From the NCBI GenBank assembly GCA_036867785.1, contig CP145419.1:62001-126000 (forward strand): DNA of 64,000 nt, given 5' to 3'. The notes under the pieces are model-generated. The model did not search any database. It was not told where the DNA came from and was given only the letters and a program-made list of their open reading frames with translations. Below are positions 36,454 through 47,504 of the stretch, piece by piece. The position numbers were made by a program, and so were the translations under genes. Numbering within the stretch: position 1 is the first letter of the stretch; each line of letters opens with the position of its first letter. The stretch is from Plasmodiophora brassicae (Eukaryota).

Positions 36454-37194
36454 TTATCCAGTGCCTAGGAATGGCTGTTTGAGCGGTGTGACAACAAACG
36501 GTTTGGGTCGGGGTGAGGTTTCCAGGAGGACCCGGAGCTGCCGGCGTTCCTCCCTGATCTGGTCCCTGGTGAGGGATTGACCAGTGGCCATCAGGAGCGG
36601 GGCTCGCCCGCCCAGTTTCGTCACTGCTGTGTGCCATGGTTGCACTGTGGGCGCTGCTGCGCGCTTCCGCTGCCGCCGCGTCTCCTGCGAGCGCAACGCG
36701 TCGGTGTCGACGGCGGGCATGAACAGAGTCGGGCCGAACAGGCCGAAATGCAGCCCTTTGGGGGATGGGTTCGCACACCGCCATGTAGGTCTGTTGCTCC
36801 TCCTTGGGTTTGCTCGCAGGTTGGACGTCGACGCCGCACGTCGGCTGGGCGTTCGGGCGCCCTCTTCGGCCATGTTCACGAAACCGGTCTCCCAGCGCAT
36901 CTTACGGCGAGGTGGTGCTACTGCGAATGGGTGCTTACCGCCGATCAGGGCGACGTGCGCCTTGTGCCGCTCGATCTCCTCCTGGTGCAGGCGCTCCAGG
37001 TCGTCATCCGTGATGGGCGATATGAAGTCGAACGAGCGGAACAGTTTCCGGCTGCAAGGCGACCCGCAGCGCCAGGCGACCGGAGCAGACCGCCCTCGCG
37101 GTTTCGGCGCAGTCGAACGCTCCTTCGATCGCGAGCGACGCCGTGACCGCGACCTGGCCGCCTTGCGCGACCCGCCTGCACCGGCCACCGCCAT
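36454..37194 (-). CDS. Hypothetical basic protein
   Basis: Open 246-codon frame with protein-like composition (ITDDDLERLHQEEIERHK); no recognised domain. Confidence 0.55.
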   Translation of the reverse strand: MAVAGAGGSRKAARSRSRRRSRSKERSTAPKPRGRSAPVAWRCGSPCSRKLFRSFDFISPITDDDLERLHQEEIERHKAHVALIGGKHPFAVAPPRRKMRWETGFVNMAEEGARTPSRRAASTSNLRANPRRSNRPTWRCANPSPKGLHFGLFGPTLFMPAVDTDALRSQETRRQRKRAAAPTVQPWHTAVTKLGGRAPLLMATGQSLTRDQIREERRQLRVLLETSPRPKPFVVTPLKQPFLGTG

Positions 37195-37453
37195 CGATGC
37201 CAACCTGAGCAGAGATACCAATCAGTCTGGGGGGCACGCGCGCCAAACAATATCAACGGCGCCGAACGTTCATTGCCCAGGCGGGACGGTCTGTCGAGCG
37301 CAGACGGCACAGTACATACCAATAGTGCGCATGTGCAGTCGCGGTGTTTGGCGGCAGTGCTGCGCCCGCGACTGGATCGGGAGGCAGTGAGCCCGGCGAC
37401 GGTGTTGCGCCCGGTGCGCGTGACGTCTTGCCGGCCGTCTTGCCGTTCGGCCA

Positions 37454-38486
37454 ATGTCGAATGGGACGGACGTGTCCGACCCCGACCTCCTCGTCTGCAT
37501 TGTCGAGTGCGGGCCGGTGGCCTGGGTCGACGCCGAGCGTGCCCACCCGTCCGTCTCGCTGGCCCGGACGCTGCACGACCTGGCCGTCTTCCTGAACGCG
37601 TTCCGAGGTCCGCATTGTTTGGCCGCACTCGCTGACGTTGGCCCTCTGACCGTGTACCTCGTGTCCAGCGCTTCAGGCCAGCAACCGCCTCGTCGTCATT
37701 GCGTCCCATCCAGTGCGGAACGACGTCTTGTTCTCGGATCTGGCACCGACGAACGTCGAGCCCGCGATGGCGCATTCGATTCTGGATCGGATTCGGTCGC
37801 TGCCGACAACGGGCCTGTCCGAGGCGGCCTCGCTGCTGAGTGGCGCGATGTCGCTGGCGATGTGTATCGTGCGGCGCCTGCAGGCCGACCAGCGCAACCT
37901 GCACGCCCGCCTCCTCGTCGTCCATACGGGGCGGGACGCGCCCGCCCAGTACACATCGACCATGAACTGTATCTTCTCGGCCCAGAAACTGACCGTCCCC
38001 GTTGACGCCGTCGTCCTGGGCGCCAGCGACTCCCTTCTCATGCAGCAGGCGTCGCACCTGACCGGCGGCGTCTACAACCGGGTTGGCGATCCCGGCGCCG
38101 ACCTGCTCGCTGTCCTGTTCACGCTCTTCCTGCCCGGCGCCTTCGACCGCACCGTCCTGGCCATGCCGCACCAGTCGCAGATCGACTACCGCGCCACCTG
38201 CTTCTGCCATCGCACCGTCCAGAACACGGGGTACACCTGCCCCGTCTGTCTGTCAGGTACGTGTGCGCGCCCAGGCACGCCGCCCGCCCGCCCGTCATTG
38301 CCGCTGACGTGTATGCCAACAGTCTTCTGCAAGCCGGAGCTATCGTGCCCCACCTGTCGCACCAGGTTCGCCGCGCCCCCGTTTATGCACTATGGCTGGT
38401 TCCGGCTCATGACGTGCTGTGCCAGGTTTCCCAGGATGCCGCGAAGGGCGCGAGCCCCGTTTGCCAGCACGCCCGCGCCGTCCTAG
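37454..38486 (+). CDS. GTF2H3: TFIIH subunit p34/Tfb4 (vWA plus C4 zinc finger), with introns
   Basis: AVFLNAF, LLSGAMSLAMC, QYTSTMNCIFSAQK, LMQQASHLTGGVY, IDYRATCFCH...GYTCPVCLS/VFC...CPTC; in-frame intron 38257-38322. Confidence 0.92.
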
Positions 38487-38592
38487 GCGCCCGTGTGATT
38501 GGGACCCGCGATTTCGAAAGATATTCTGGTTGCCTGCATGGTACTCGAGGGTCACAGCTTCACACACACAACGCACACACACGCGCGTCCCG

Positions 38593-40899
38593 ATGACGCG
38601 GCCGACATCGGATCGCCTGACCGGGACGTTCAGGCGGCGGCCGATGGGCGGCGGCGACGTCGAGCGGCGGTCGCCTTGCCGGCGGTCGGACGTGTGGCCC
38701 GAGACGAGACCGCACGGCGAAGGGTCGCCACCGGTACACGCGCAGGCGCTTCCCGTCGTCGTCGTTAGCCCACGACGCCGCCACCAGTTGGACATGGCGG
38801 CCGGGTTCGTCGACGTTGGCCCCGACCTGCTTCCCGCGGCGCAGAGCGCCCGGGAGTACGTTCGGTCGCATCACACCGAGGCCGAGCTGGACCTGCTCGC
38901 CATCCAGCGCCGCTGCCAGGCGCTGGGCGACGATCGCCCGCACCGGGAGGTCGTCCGCCCCGTCCTGCACCTGCTCGCCAAGGTCGCCCGCCGGGTTGGC
39001 CCCTACCGCCACGTTGTCGAGCGGATCGGCGCGATCCTCGAGCGGGGCGTGTTCGACCCGGCGACCCGCATGATGTTCTACGAGATCGCCCACACGTCGC
39101 GCTGCGAGCTGGCGTCCATGCGGGTCGACATGGAGTCGGCGCGCGCCCGCCTGCGCGACGTTGCCGATCGGGAGCGCGACGCCCACCACCTGGTCGTCCA
39201 GATGCAGGAGGCGCTCGCCGAGGCGAACGCCCGCGTCCGCGTCCTCGAGGTGCAGGCCCGGCAGCGCGATGCGATCGTCGGGCGGCAACGGGCGATGCTG
39301 GAGGCGGCGCAGGAGTCGGTCGACGCCCTGGAGCGGCAGCTGCACGACGCCGGCCAGCACGACGTGATGAACGGCGCCCTGAGGAAGCAGGTCGCCGACC
39401 TGCAGCAGCAGACGGCGCGCCAGGCCCGGGAGACGCTCGAGGCGCTCGAGCTCCTGCAGCAGGCCAACGAGCAGAACGCCGCCCTGCAGAGCGAGGTGGC
39501 CGAGTTGCGATCGCGGCCCCGGCGACGATCGTCGCGGTCGCGCACGTCGTCGATGATGCCCTGGAGGTTCACGGCGCGCGGCGACGCGCTCCCGAAACCG
39601 TCACCTGGCCAGGGCGACACCGCGCCCGGCGAACGAGGCGCTGCGGCGGGCGGCGGTGCTGCGACGACCGGGTCGGAGCCGGAGGCGCCGCTGACGCCCC
39701 GCCCGAACTGGGCGCGCGTCGCCCAGGAGACGCACCTGGACGTGGACCTGCTGTCGACGCAGGACGCCGTCCAGGCGCTGGTCGACGAGTTGCACGCCCG
39801 GCACCAGCGCGTCCGCATGCTGGAGCGCGAGGACAGCCTGCAGCTGGAGGAGATCGAGAACGAGCGCCTGGCCAAGGCGACCTACATGGACGACAAGACG
39901 ACGTGGCACCAGGGGCTGGGTACGGGCGACGCGGTGCCCAAGTACCTGAGGGTGGCGGGCCCGGTGCGCCGCCGCGTCCTCAGCAAGCGGCAGACGGAGG
40001 CGATCGTCCGGGAGGTGTGGCACATGAAGAAGGCGTACGACCGGCAGCATGGGGCGACCAGCCGCCTCGCCGACTACTTCTACACGTACCTGTCGTTGAA
40101 GCACGGGGCGACGACGGCGCTGCAGGAATGGGGGTACAGCCTGACCGAGGCGCTGAAGGCGTTCCGGTACGACGCCGACATCTACCTGTTCGACCTGATC
40201 CTGAGCGGCGAGGTCAGCGAGGACGTGTACGATGACCAGCGGCAGATGGTGGCCAAGCTGATGGACGCGTGCGCCCAGCAGGACACGAAGAAGACGGGGA
40301 CGATCAGCAGGCGCGACTTCATCCGGGTCCTGCTGCGCCAGTTCCCCGGCAAGCCCAAGGCGCACCTGCGCGCCCTGGACCGCTCCCTGGAGCAGGTCGC
40401 CAAGGAGTCGGGGGTCGTCCACTACGTGAAGCTGTTCGAGGAGGACCGCGACGGCGACCAGGGCCCGTTCGCCGAGGCGCTCAGGGACCAGCAGCTCCAG
40501 GAGATCATGCAGCTGCACAAGGAGATGAAGGACGCGCTGGAGCGGGAGGGCGCCGGCGAGGCGCTGACGGCCGCCCAGGTCCGGCGCGCGCTGCTCAGCG
40601 TCGACAGGAAGCTGCCGAGGAAGGAGGTGAACCAGATCCTGGAGGACGTGTTCGCCCTGCCCTGGAAGAGGATCGGGAAGCGGACCGCCGACGCCCAGCA
40701 CGTCATCAGGACGATCAAGAGCAAGGGTGTGCACAAGCGGCATTCCAGGAAGGCAAACGACGACGGCGTGGGCGCCCACGAGGACTACGAGGCCGACATG
40801 GCGGAGGCCGACAACGAGGTACGGCCCGCGGACGACGACCCCGACGACGACGACGAGTCGGACGCAGCCGAAACGCCCGCACCCGGCACAACAAACTAG
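38593..40899 (+). CDS. TSNAXIP1-like coiled-coil/EF-hand protein (start uncertain: 38593, 38644 or 38794)
   Basis: Long coiled coil, then GLGTGDAVPKYLR..G.VRRR.LSKR.TE..VREVW, YSL.EALK.FRYDADIYLF..IL.GEVSEDVY, an EF-like DTKKTGTIS and LFEEDRDGDQGPF. Confidence 0.75.
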   Translation: MTRPTSDRLTGTFRRRPMGGGDVERRSPCRRSDVWPETRPHGEGSPPVHAQALPVVVVSPRRRHQLDMAAGFVDVGPDLLPAAQSAREYVRSHHTEAELDLLAIQRRCQALGDDRPHREVVRPVLHLLAKVARRVGPYRHVVERIGAILERGVFDPATRMMFYEIAHTSRCELASMRVDMESARARLRDVADRERDAHHLVVQMQEALAEANARVRVLEVQARQRDAIVGRQRAMLEAAQESVDALERQLHDAGQHDVMNGALRKQVADLQQQTARQARETLEALELLQQANEQNAALQSEVAELRSRPRRRSSRSRTSSMMPWRFTARGDALPKPSPGQGDTAPGERGAAAGGGAATTGSEPEAPLTPRPNWARVAQETHLDVDLLSTQDAVQALVDELHARHQRVRMLEREDSLQLEEIENERLAKATYMDDKTTWHQGLGTGDAVPKYLRVAGPVRRRVLSKRQTEAIVREVWHMKKAYDRQHGATSRLADYFYTYLSLKHGATTALQEWGYSLTEALKAFRYDADIYLFDLILSGEVSEDVYDDQRQMVAKLMDACAQQDTKKTGTISRRDFIRVLLRQFPGKPKAHLRALDRSLEQVAKESGVVHYVKLFEEDRDGDQGPFAEALRDQQLQEIMQLHKEMKDALEREGAGEALTAAQVRRALLSVDRKLPRKEVNQILEDVFALPWKRIGKRTADAQHVIRTIKSKGVHKRHSRKANDDGVGAHEDYEADMAEADNEVRPADDDPDDDDESDAAETPAPGTTN

Positions 40900-41011
40900 G
40901 AGCAATCAGTAGCCATACGTGACGACGACTCGCTGGCCTGGTGTGTCGCTCTGCTGCTGCCGACACACACGAGTTGCCCCACTGGGAGCGAACGGCGCGG
41001 ATCCCGATCGG

Positions 41012-42113
41012 TCAGCGTATAATGACATGGCTGGGTTCGGCTTTGGCGATGTCGGCGGTGAAGCGGCTCAGGTGCGCGGGCACCCGGCGCCAGCCGCCCC
41101 CGATCAGGGCGGCGTACACGATCACCGTCTGCAGCAACGGGAGCAGCAGCAGCGGGTCGGCCAGCGCCTCCATCGTCGGGCTCTGATCCACGGAACTGTG
41201 CCAATCACCACGTCGGTTAACGGGTGACACAAGCGCGACCCCCGAAATGGCGTACCAGGCGAGCAGGTTGTTGAAGGAATGCAGGAGGAGTGGCTCCCAG
41301 ACTGACCCCGTCGCCAGGACCCGCATCGAGTAGAACGAGGCGATCAGGAACGAGACGGCAATTTGCATGCACACTGAGAACGCGGTGGTGAGGCGGGTGG
41401 TGCACAGGAACCCCCCCTGCGGTCGCACGTACCGTAACTGAACGAGTACCGCCCCGCGTTGAAGTTCAGCGCGTGAATGACGCTGAAGAAGAAGCTGGGC
41501 ATGAACACGGCCGCGCGACAATTATCGGGGAGGCGCCGGTGGACGATCAGTTGGAGGATGCCGCGGAACACGATCTCCTCGCGGATGGGCGCAACGATCA
41601 CCAGGTCGACGACCAGGTTCCACCGGACGCTGCCGGACGCGTCCAGCAAATGCTTGACGGACACGATATCGCTACCGAACTGGCGATGCAGGCCATACAG
41701 TGCACAATGCGACACGGCCTGCAACCCCACGAGGACCAGCGCCGCCTTGGTCAGCGACGGCACCCGGTACAGGCCCATCCTGTGGATTCCGCATTGAGGG
41801 TGACGCCAGGCGAACAGCAGCGGGCGACGAACATGTGAAGGAGGCGCGCGATGCTGACGTCGTAGGTGGTGGCCTGCCTGTAGAGCATCCAGGCGAGCAA
41901 CGTGACGCCGGCGCAGACTGCGGCGGCATTGCCGACGGGCCCGTTGCCGAGGTGGGACGCGCGGATCAGCGTCCCCTGCATCGACGCGATGACGACGTAC
42001 TCGACGACCGCGATCAGGCATTCGCTTATTGCCACCGACGACGCCAACGGCAACTCGACCGGGTCGGGCGTGGGCGCCGCAGCGTCGCTCGCCGCGTTCT
42101 TCCTGCGCCCCAT
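41012..42113 (-). CDS. CPBP/Abi family (type II CAAX protease-like) intramembrane protease, multi-exon
   Basis: APIREEIVFRG (EExxFRG), FFSVIH and LLHSFNN motifs, plus multiple hydrophobic helices. Confidence 0.85.
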
Positions 42114-42353
42114 CGACCCAGACGCACAAAGTCCGGGGTGATGATCACGTCCACGTTCAAGTTCGGATGCCCCGGGCAGCACCTGATTGGTCGACACGCG
42201 TCGGGCGTCCCTGTGAGGCGCGCGCGCGCCCTTCAGGTCCGCACATGCTGACCAAACATGGTTGACGACACCGACCTATGATGGGAACGTTAGGCCCCCA
42301 GGGCGTTCCTAACGTCCGCTACACGTCTCTATCCGACGTTCCGGAACACGAAT

Positions 42354-42926
42354 TTGACGTCGTCGTTGTCATTGACGTGCAGTCGAATCATCGTGGTGTG
42401 GTCGTCGGGGCGTCTCCGTCATGCCAACGTCCTGCTCGACGTGTGTTTCGACCCGGAGGTTCTGCAGAGCATCGTCGACGCCTGCAACGATGGACACCTT
42501 GCGCCACGTGTGCCCCGGCCGGATACCTTCGCACAGTACACAACATGTGCCGCCAGTGCATGGCAATCGTTTGACGCCCGCGGCAGAGCATCTCGACGCT
42601 GCTCCTTCTGCACGCGTCACAGCACCGTGTCGTCGATGGCGAATCGGCAGCCGTTGGCCGTCCCCAGCACTACAGTTAGGTCAGTACGAGTGGACTTGAC
42701 GGCGTCGACGCACAGGATGATGCAGAGTCGGCGTTCCAAACCCGCTGCATCACGAACCTGTCAGGCATTGACTGACACGCGGGGGGCAATACGCGCCTGT
42801 CCCCGGTCAAACGGTCGCGCGGTTGGTGTATTACTCGAAAACGACACCCTGGCACATTGGGCAACAGTTCCGCATCATAACGTCGGGAATGATACAGCGC
42901 GCATGGAACGTATGCCCGCAGATTAG
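42354..42926 (+). CDS. Possible hypothetical protein; structure unresolved
   Basis: 190-codon ORF with a protein-like core (HANVLLDVCFDPEVLQSIVDAC) but no clear start or domain. Confidence 0.25.
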   Translation: MTSSLSLTCSRIIVVWSSGRLRHANVLLDVCFDPEVLQSIVDACNDGHLAPRVPRPDTFAQYTTCAASAWQSFDARGRASRRCSFCTRHSTVSSMANRQPLAVPSTTVRSVRVDLTASTHRMMQSRRSKPAASRTCQALTDTRGAIRACPRSNGRAVGVLLENDTLAHWATVPHHNVGNDTARMERMPAD

Positions 42927-43030
42927 CGTCGTGACGCCGTCCGGGTTGGCGTAGTTGTCCAAGCAGATGGGGCATCTGTAGGGACGCTGTCAGATGATAC
43001 GTTGATGTCATATCGCATAAGCAGTCGTAG

Positions 43031-44203
43031 CTACTGGGTGCTGTCGTCTTCAAATGGGACGGGCGTCGACGCCCTAGAACCGAACCACTGAGGGCGAACA
43101 CGTCCAGGTATGAGGCTGGCGGCGTACTCGAGAGCCGCGGACGCCAACGTCCCAGTGGGGCCACGCCGCGAGCCCCATACGCGCTTGGACGCCGGTGCCG
43201 CCCCAGTCGGGCGTGTCTCGGACGCTGCCGACGCGGCAGTGGCGCGCTCGTTCAGTGCTGTGCGCAGGCCTGGGATCTGGTCCAGGATCATCAAACGTCC
43301 AAATGCCCGAAGCGCAGTGTCAGCATCCTGTGGGGTGAAAGTTGAGGCGATCGATAGAGCGTGTCTGCCAAGGGCCATGGGCGTGTTGGGGTAAGTCCAC
43401 AACGTCACCATCGCCCACACCATCTTGGCGATATCCTGAGACTTGAAATCACGCCAAAGTTCGAGAGCGCAACCGTTAAGCCGATAGACCATCTCGCCGA
43501 TGCTCTCCAATTGGTCGAACGTTTCGCGCTGATCGATCCATAATTTCGCAAGCGCCCATGCCGTATTGGCGACAGCCTGCGCGTCGAGTGCGTCCGTCCA
43601 ATCCATCGAGTACAGAATTCTACGCGCAAGGCCTTTGTACAGGTTCGGGGCGTGGATTCGTCGCCTGGTGAGTGCCTCGAAAACCATTGCCAATGTCTTG
43701 TAGTCGCCAAGGTCGGGGTAATCAGGGGCAAACGCTTCAGTAGTAACTGCAATGGCGGTAAGCAGATCTGTGAATGCGCCATTTAGAAGCTCATTCGTGA
43801 GGCGTATGCGACGTACTATGTGCATGGCGTAGACGTACCGTAACTGTCATCGTACTGCGACAGCTTGCCGACAAGGTCCGCTAGCAAAGGCACATCATTA
43901 TAACGATCTAGCTGGCCCATTACCAGATAGCGGGACGCGCTGTCGACGTAACGTGGGTCAGGGTGTTGAGGTCGGGTGCTTAGATGCTGGTCCAGGTCAT
44001 GCAGCGGCGACGCGTCCACACACGGCAGGATCTAGGTGAAGAGTCAGATTCATGCGGCGCCGTGACGTTGCACCAATTTGCCGGCCTGCACGCACGCATA
44101 GGACAACGGCGGGCAGGATGAGAGCAAACGCGGACGGCGGGCACCTCTCGCGCTGGGTGGAGCGGCAGCTGTAGTTGCCGCTATGGGGGACACTGTGCGA
44201 CAT
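43031..44203 (-). CDS. Putative secreted helical-repeat (OPR/FAST-like) protein; 3 exons (introns 44032-44095 and 43768-43838)
   Basis: Splicing creates hydrophobic AFALILPAVVLC-ILPCVDA/SP. Repeats AQAVANTAWALAKL, SQDIAKMVWAMVTL and PQDADTALRAFGRL follow. Confidence 0.65.
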
Positions 44204-44755
44204 CCTTCACGCGTCCAGATGTTCACGTTGGGCCTGTCTTCCTCGCGGTTCGTCTTGTGGTTCCGGAGCTCTGGAGTCCGCGACGGACTTGGGGATGTCT
44301 TGCCGCCACTGGGTCCCCGCCAAGTGCGCAGCGTGCGGAGTGAGCCCGTCAGTGGCGCTTGACTCTCGATCCAGCTAACCGAGGGCACATACCCTTCTGG
44401 CGTATGCATCCCAAAGGGACACTCACGTGTGTTTAATTTATCAGTTGCTCGAGCTACATCAGCCATTACAGCACTTTGTGTTACACACAGCAATCAGTGT
44501 CGATAGGTGCACACCGGCCGTCTGGAGGAGCGGGACCGTTAATCGGGCTCCCGACCGGCCTGTGTCGCCCAGGTCGATCCGTTGAAAGGCCTACGTGCGC
44601 TTATCAGGTGCCGTAACTACACACAGCTTGTGGACTATTGCAACACTTTGTACCGAACCGGGAATGCAGGAACGGGCCCCCTTTCTAAAGTTCGACGTCG
44701 CCATTGCAATGGTTGCTCAGACAGCAGATGATCGGGTCGAGACTCGATAAATATA

Positions 44756-46286
44756 TTACGAAGGTGTTGGGAATCCAGGAAATTCTCCATTGAATGATGC
44801 GTGTACCATGGCTGAGCACTTGTAGATGGACCCCATTTGTTCCGGGTCGACGAGCCTTTCGTACCCGGTAATAATCGTGTCGGCGTCATCGGGACACAAT
44901 TTGACCAAAGACTCGACACGCTGGGCGATGCCCATCCTCAGCAGGAAGTCGCCCTGCTGAATCGTGGGCATCACTCGAATCTGATCGGCGCCCCAGACGC
45001 GGGCGACCTTGCGCACCATGCTGAAATCGACGTCACCTGTGACTACAGAGGTACTACGTCAAGCAGTGTTCGGATCGCATTGGCGGTGCATACCGTCAAC
45101 TTGGCCAGGGCTTTCCAGGAATGGCACGAACTCGTGATTGCGCACACCACGAACAGACTGCCGCGATGGCCGATCCTGACCATAGTCAACGAGCAGAGCG
45201 GCGCCCTTCTGCATGACGACACGGCTGGAAATCTGCTCGACGGCAAGTTGTACTTCAGGGGACACCTCAATGCACTCGCCGACCGCAGGATTCGCAGGCA
45301 CGTCCACAACGGCGTCGCTTCCTAGCAGGAGGGCAGACGCAGGTGTCGGCTTCCGCGAAAGCACAACCTGTAGCGCTTCGTGCTCGCCGATTGCAAGCAT
45401 GCGCTCACGCCAGCCTTTCTCTGTGAACTGAAACTGGTGAATCGGAAGCGCATCAAGAAACTCATGGGCAACTGTGACGACGTTTAGCAGCGGCAGGACT
45501 GATTCAGAATATTGTACTTACAGAATATGGGGCATGTATCGCCCGTTTCAACGTTCGCCAATTGCGAATCCCATTGTACGGGAACGTCGGCGTGTTGCAC
45601 CGATAGAACCGCCTTTTGCTTCTCGCGCAGCATCGGGCTGGGCTCAATCAGGTGAATGCCGCTCGGTTTAAACCCGAGCCGTTTCACGGTCTAAGAAGAG
45701 CCCGGAATGAGAATGCAGCCAGATTGACCGGTGCCCAATACGCAAAGGTTGGAACCTTCAGGACGTCGCACATCATGGTGCCGTTGCCAGGTCCAAACTC
45801 CACGAGGCGCGTATCACGTGGGGAGCCCAGTCCATGCCACACAGCGGTCGCCCAAACGCCAACCATCTGCGTACGCACGTTCAAACACTAGAGAATGTCA
45901 CTGAACGCCTGCGATATATTCCACCCACTTCGCCGAATAACTGTGACACTTCTGGCGACGTAACAAAGTCGCCAGCGCTGCCGAAGGGCGTCGACCCGGT
46001 CGTGTAGTACCCGAGCTTCGGGTGCAGGAGCGCGCGACGCATGTACTCGGCGACGGATATCGGGCCAAACACGGATATGAACCGGTGGATCTCCTCCTGG
46101 AGCGGCGTCGCGAACGTGCCCTGGAACGCTACACGCCGGCCCGTCAGGTGAAGCTTCCGCGCGCCCAGCACACGCCATACGCGGTGCGAGAACGCCCAGC
46201 TCGGACCGGTCGACCGAGATCTCAACGGCGGCGGCCGCCTTCGTCGCCGCCCGTCGACACCATCGCCCTGCCGCACGGCCCAGCAT
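44756..46286 (-). CDS. NDUFAF7: Mitochondrial protein-arginine methyltransferase NDUFAF7/MidA, multi-exon
   Basis: GPISVAEYMRRALLHPKLGYY, FGSAGDFVTSPEVSQLFGE, LVEFGPGNGTMM, AHEFLDALPIHQF, GWRERM, LLVDYG, D.T.DVDF, RLVDPEQMGSIYK; Arg-rich N-terminal presequence. Confidence 0.93.
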
Positions 46287-46500
46287 GACGTGACGCCGTT
46301 GCCCCAACCGCCGCCCACAATCGACCGCGACGGCAGACGACAGACGCACACGCTGCTGTCTGCAAAGCCTCGTCGCGTGCCCGTCGCCTCCCTCGGAACC
46401 AACGTCCGTCCGCTCCAGCAGTGCCAGCAGCCGCCCTCCTGAAAAGGGTGTCCGCCGCCCGCCGCCGCCGGTCGTTGCCGGTGTCAGTTGCGTTTTGTCC

Positions 46501-47268
46501 ATGATGGTGTGGGGTCGCTGGGTGCGACGCGCGGCGGCCGTCGCCGTGGGCGCGGCGTCGTCATCGGTGGGTGTTGCTGCGGAGCAGCGCGCCCGTGAAC
46601 CCGTCGTCGAGCCATGGACGGGGGCGACGTTCTCGCCGACCTGCTCGTGCTGGGCGGTGCGGACGCCGACGGCGTGTTCGCGATCGAACCTGGTGCTGGT
46701 CGGTGTCGGCGCGCGCTGCATGCTGGACAACTGTGTGCTGCCGATCATGCGCGCGTACTCTCTGGCGCTGTACATTGACGCTGGCGTGGTGGCGTCCGAA
46801 GCGAGAACCCTCGAGCAGGCCGTGTTCCTGGACAGGTGGCCGGTGGCGCTCAAGATTGTCGTCAACCGCACCGTCTCTGCCGACCACTTCTCTGGCGGGT
46901 TCCGTCGGTCGATCTCGAAGCGCGTCGCGGCCGACGATGACGCTGACGTCAGGGGGCAACTCGAGATCGTCGTCGACGCATTCAAGCGTCGTGGCATGTT
47001 CCTGCCGGGCGATGAAATCGTCCTGACGTGGAGCGACGACGGCGCCCTGCTCGTGACGATATCCGGCGAGGTCGTTGCCGACGTGCAATCCGAGGCCCTG
47101 GGACGCGCCGTGCTCCACGCCTACCTAGGAGGCAACCCGATCTCGCGACGCGCCAAGGATTCGTTCGAGTCCGGCTGGCGCGACCTTATGGGTGCCAGCG
47201 TCGACCAGGTCGCTGTCCACGCGGACGTCTCGGTCCAGGCCAAGCGGGAGGACGCCGTCCCGGCCTAA
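46501..47268 (+). CDS. Chalcone-isomerase-fold protein (FAP/Aim18-Aim46-like), intronless
   Basis: VVEPWTGATF, LVGVGAR, AYSLALYID, SEALGRAVLHAYLGGNPISRRAK. Confidence 0.8.
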   Translation: MMVWGRWVRRAAAVAVGAASSSVGVAAEQRAREPVVEPWTGATFSPTCSCWAVRTPTACSRSNLVLVGVGARCMLDNCVLPIMRAYSLALYIDAGVVASEARTLEQAVFLDRWPVALKIVVNRTVSADHFSGGFRRSISKRVAADDDADVRGQLEIVVDAFKRRGMFLPGDEIVLTWSDDGALLVTISGEVVADVQSEALGRAVLHAYLGGNPISRRAKDSFESGWRDLMGASVDQVAVHADVSVQAKREDAVPA

Positions 47269-47283
47269 GCACTCGATAATACC

Positions 47284-47339
47284 TAGTCGCACCTTACCCT
47301 ATGCCGTATTGTAGTCGCACCTTACACTATGCCGTATTG
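47284..47339. repeat. Tandem 2 x 28 nt direct repeat (1 mismatch), intergenic
   Basis: TAGTCGCACCTTAC(C/A)CTATGCCGTATTG occurs twice. Confidence 0.9.
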
Positions 47340-47504
47340 TTTGTTCGCAAGTCAACGTGGGCGCCGCCGCCGATCGCAAGCCACAGGACACACAGCATTG
47401 GTGTTGGCGGCCGTTGTCGTCGTCGTCGTCGTCGCCAGGCTGTGTTGTGTGTCCGCCCGTCCAGGGTCGTTTTGTGTGTGGAGGGGAGGAGGCGCCTACC
47501 GGCG

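Larger units (their letters stand above)
29130..36519. repeat. Three-unit tandem segmental duplication (~29130-31808, ~31810-33820, ~33825-36519); each unit is an HK gene plus ~0.8-0.9 kb of upstream DNA
   Basis: Non-coding flanks are clearly homologous between units, e.g. CAAGCCATTCTGGACGTCTTCCTACG, GGCGGTTTATCCAGTGCC and the 3' flank TCCTGAAC...ACACGATCA. Confidence 0.9.

Noticed and set aside
20210-36519. Possible bacterial contamination or chimeric contig for the kinase cluster
   Set aside because: No operon partners or cognate regulators, decayed copies of several ages, and the duplicated flank includes the end of an adjacent host gene that leads on to intron-containing genes. Long reads would be the final test.
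46501-47268. Chalcone isomerase as a plant-derived flavonoid enzyme
   Set aside because: CHI-fold FAP/Aim18-like proteins are widespread in eukaryotes; nothing here indicates a catalytic plant CHI.
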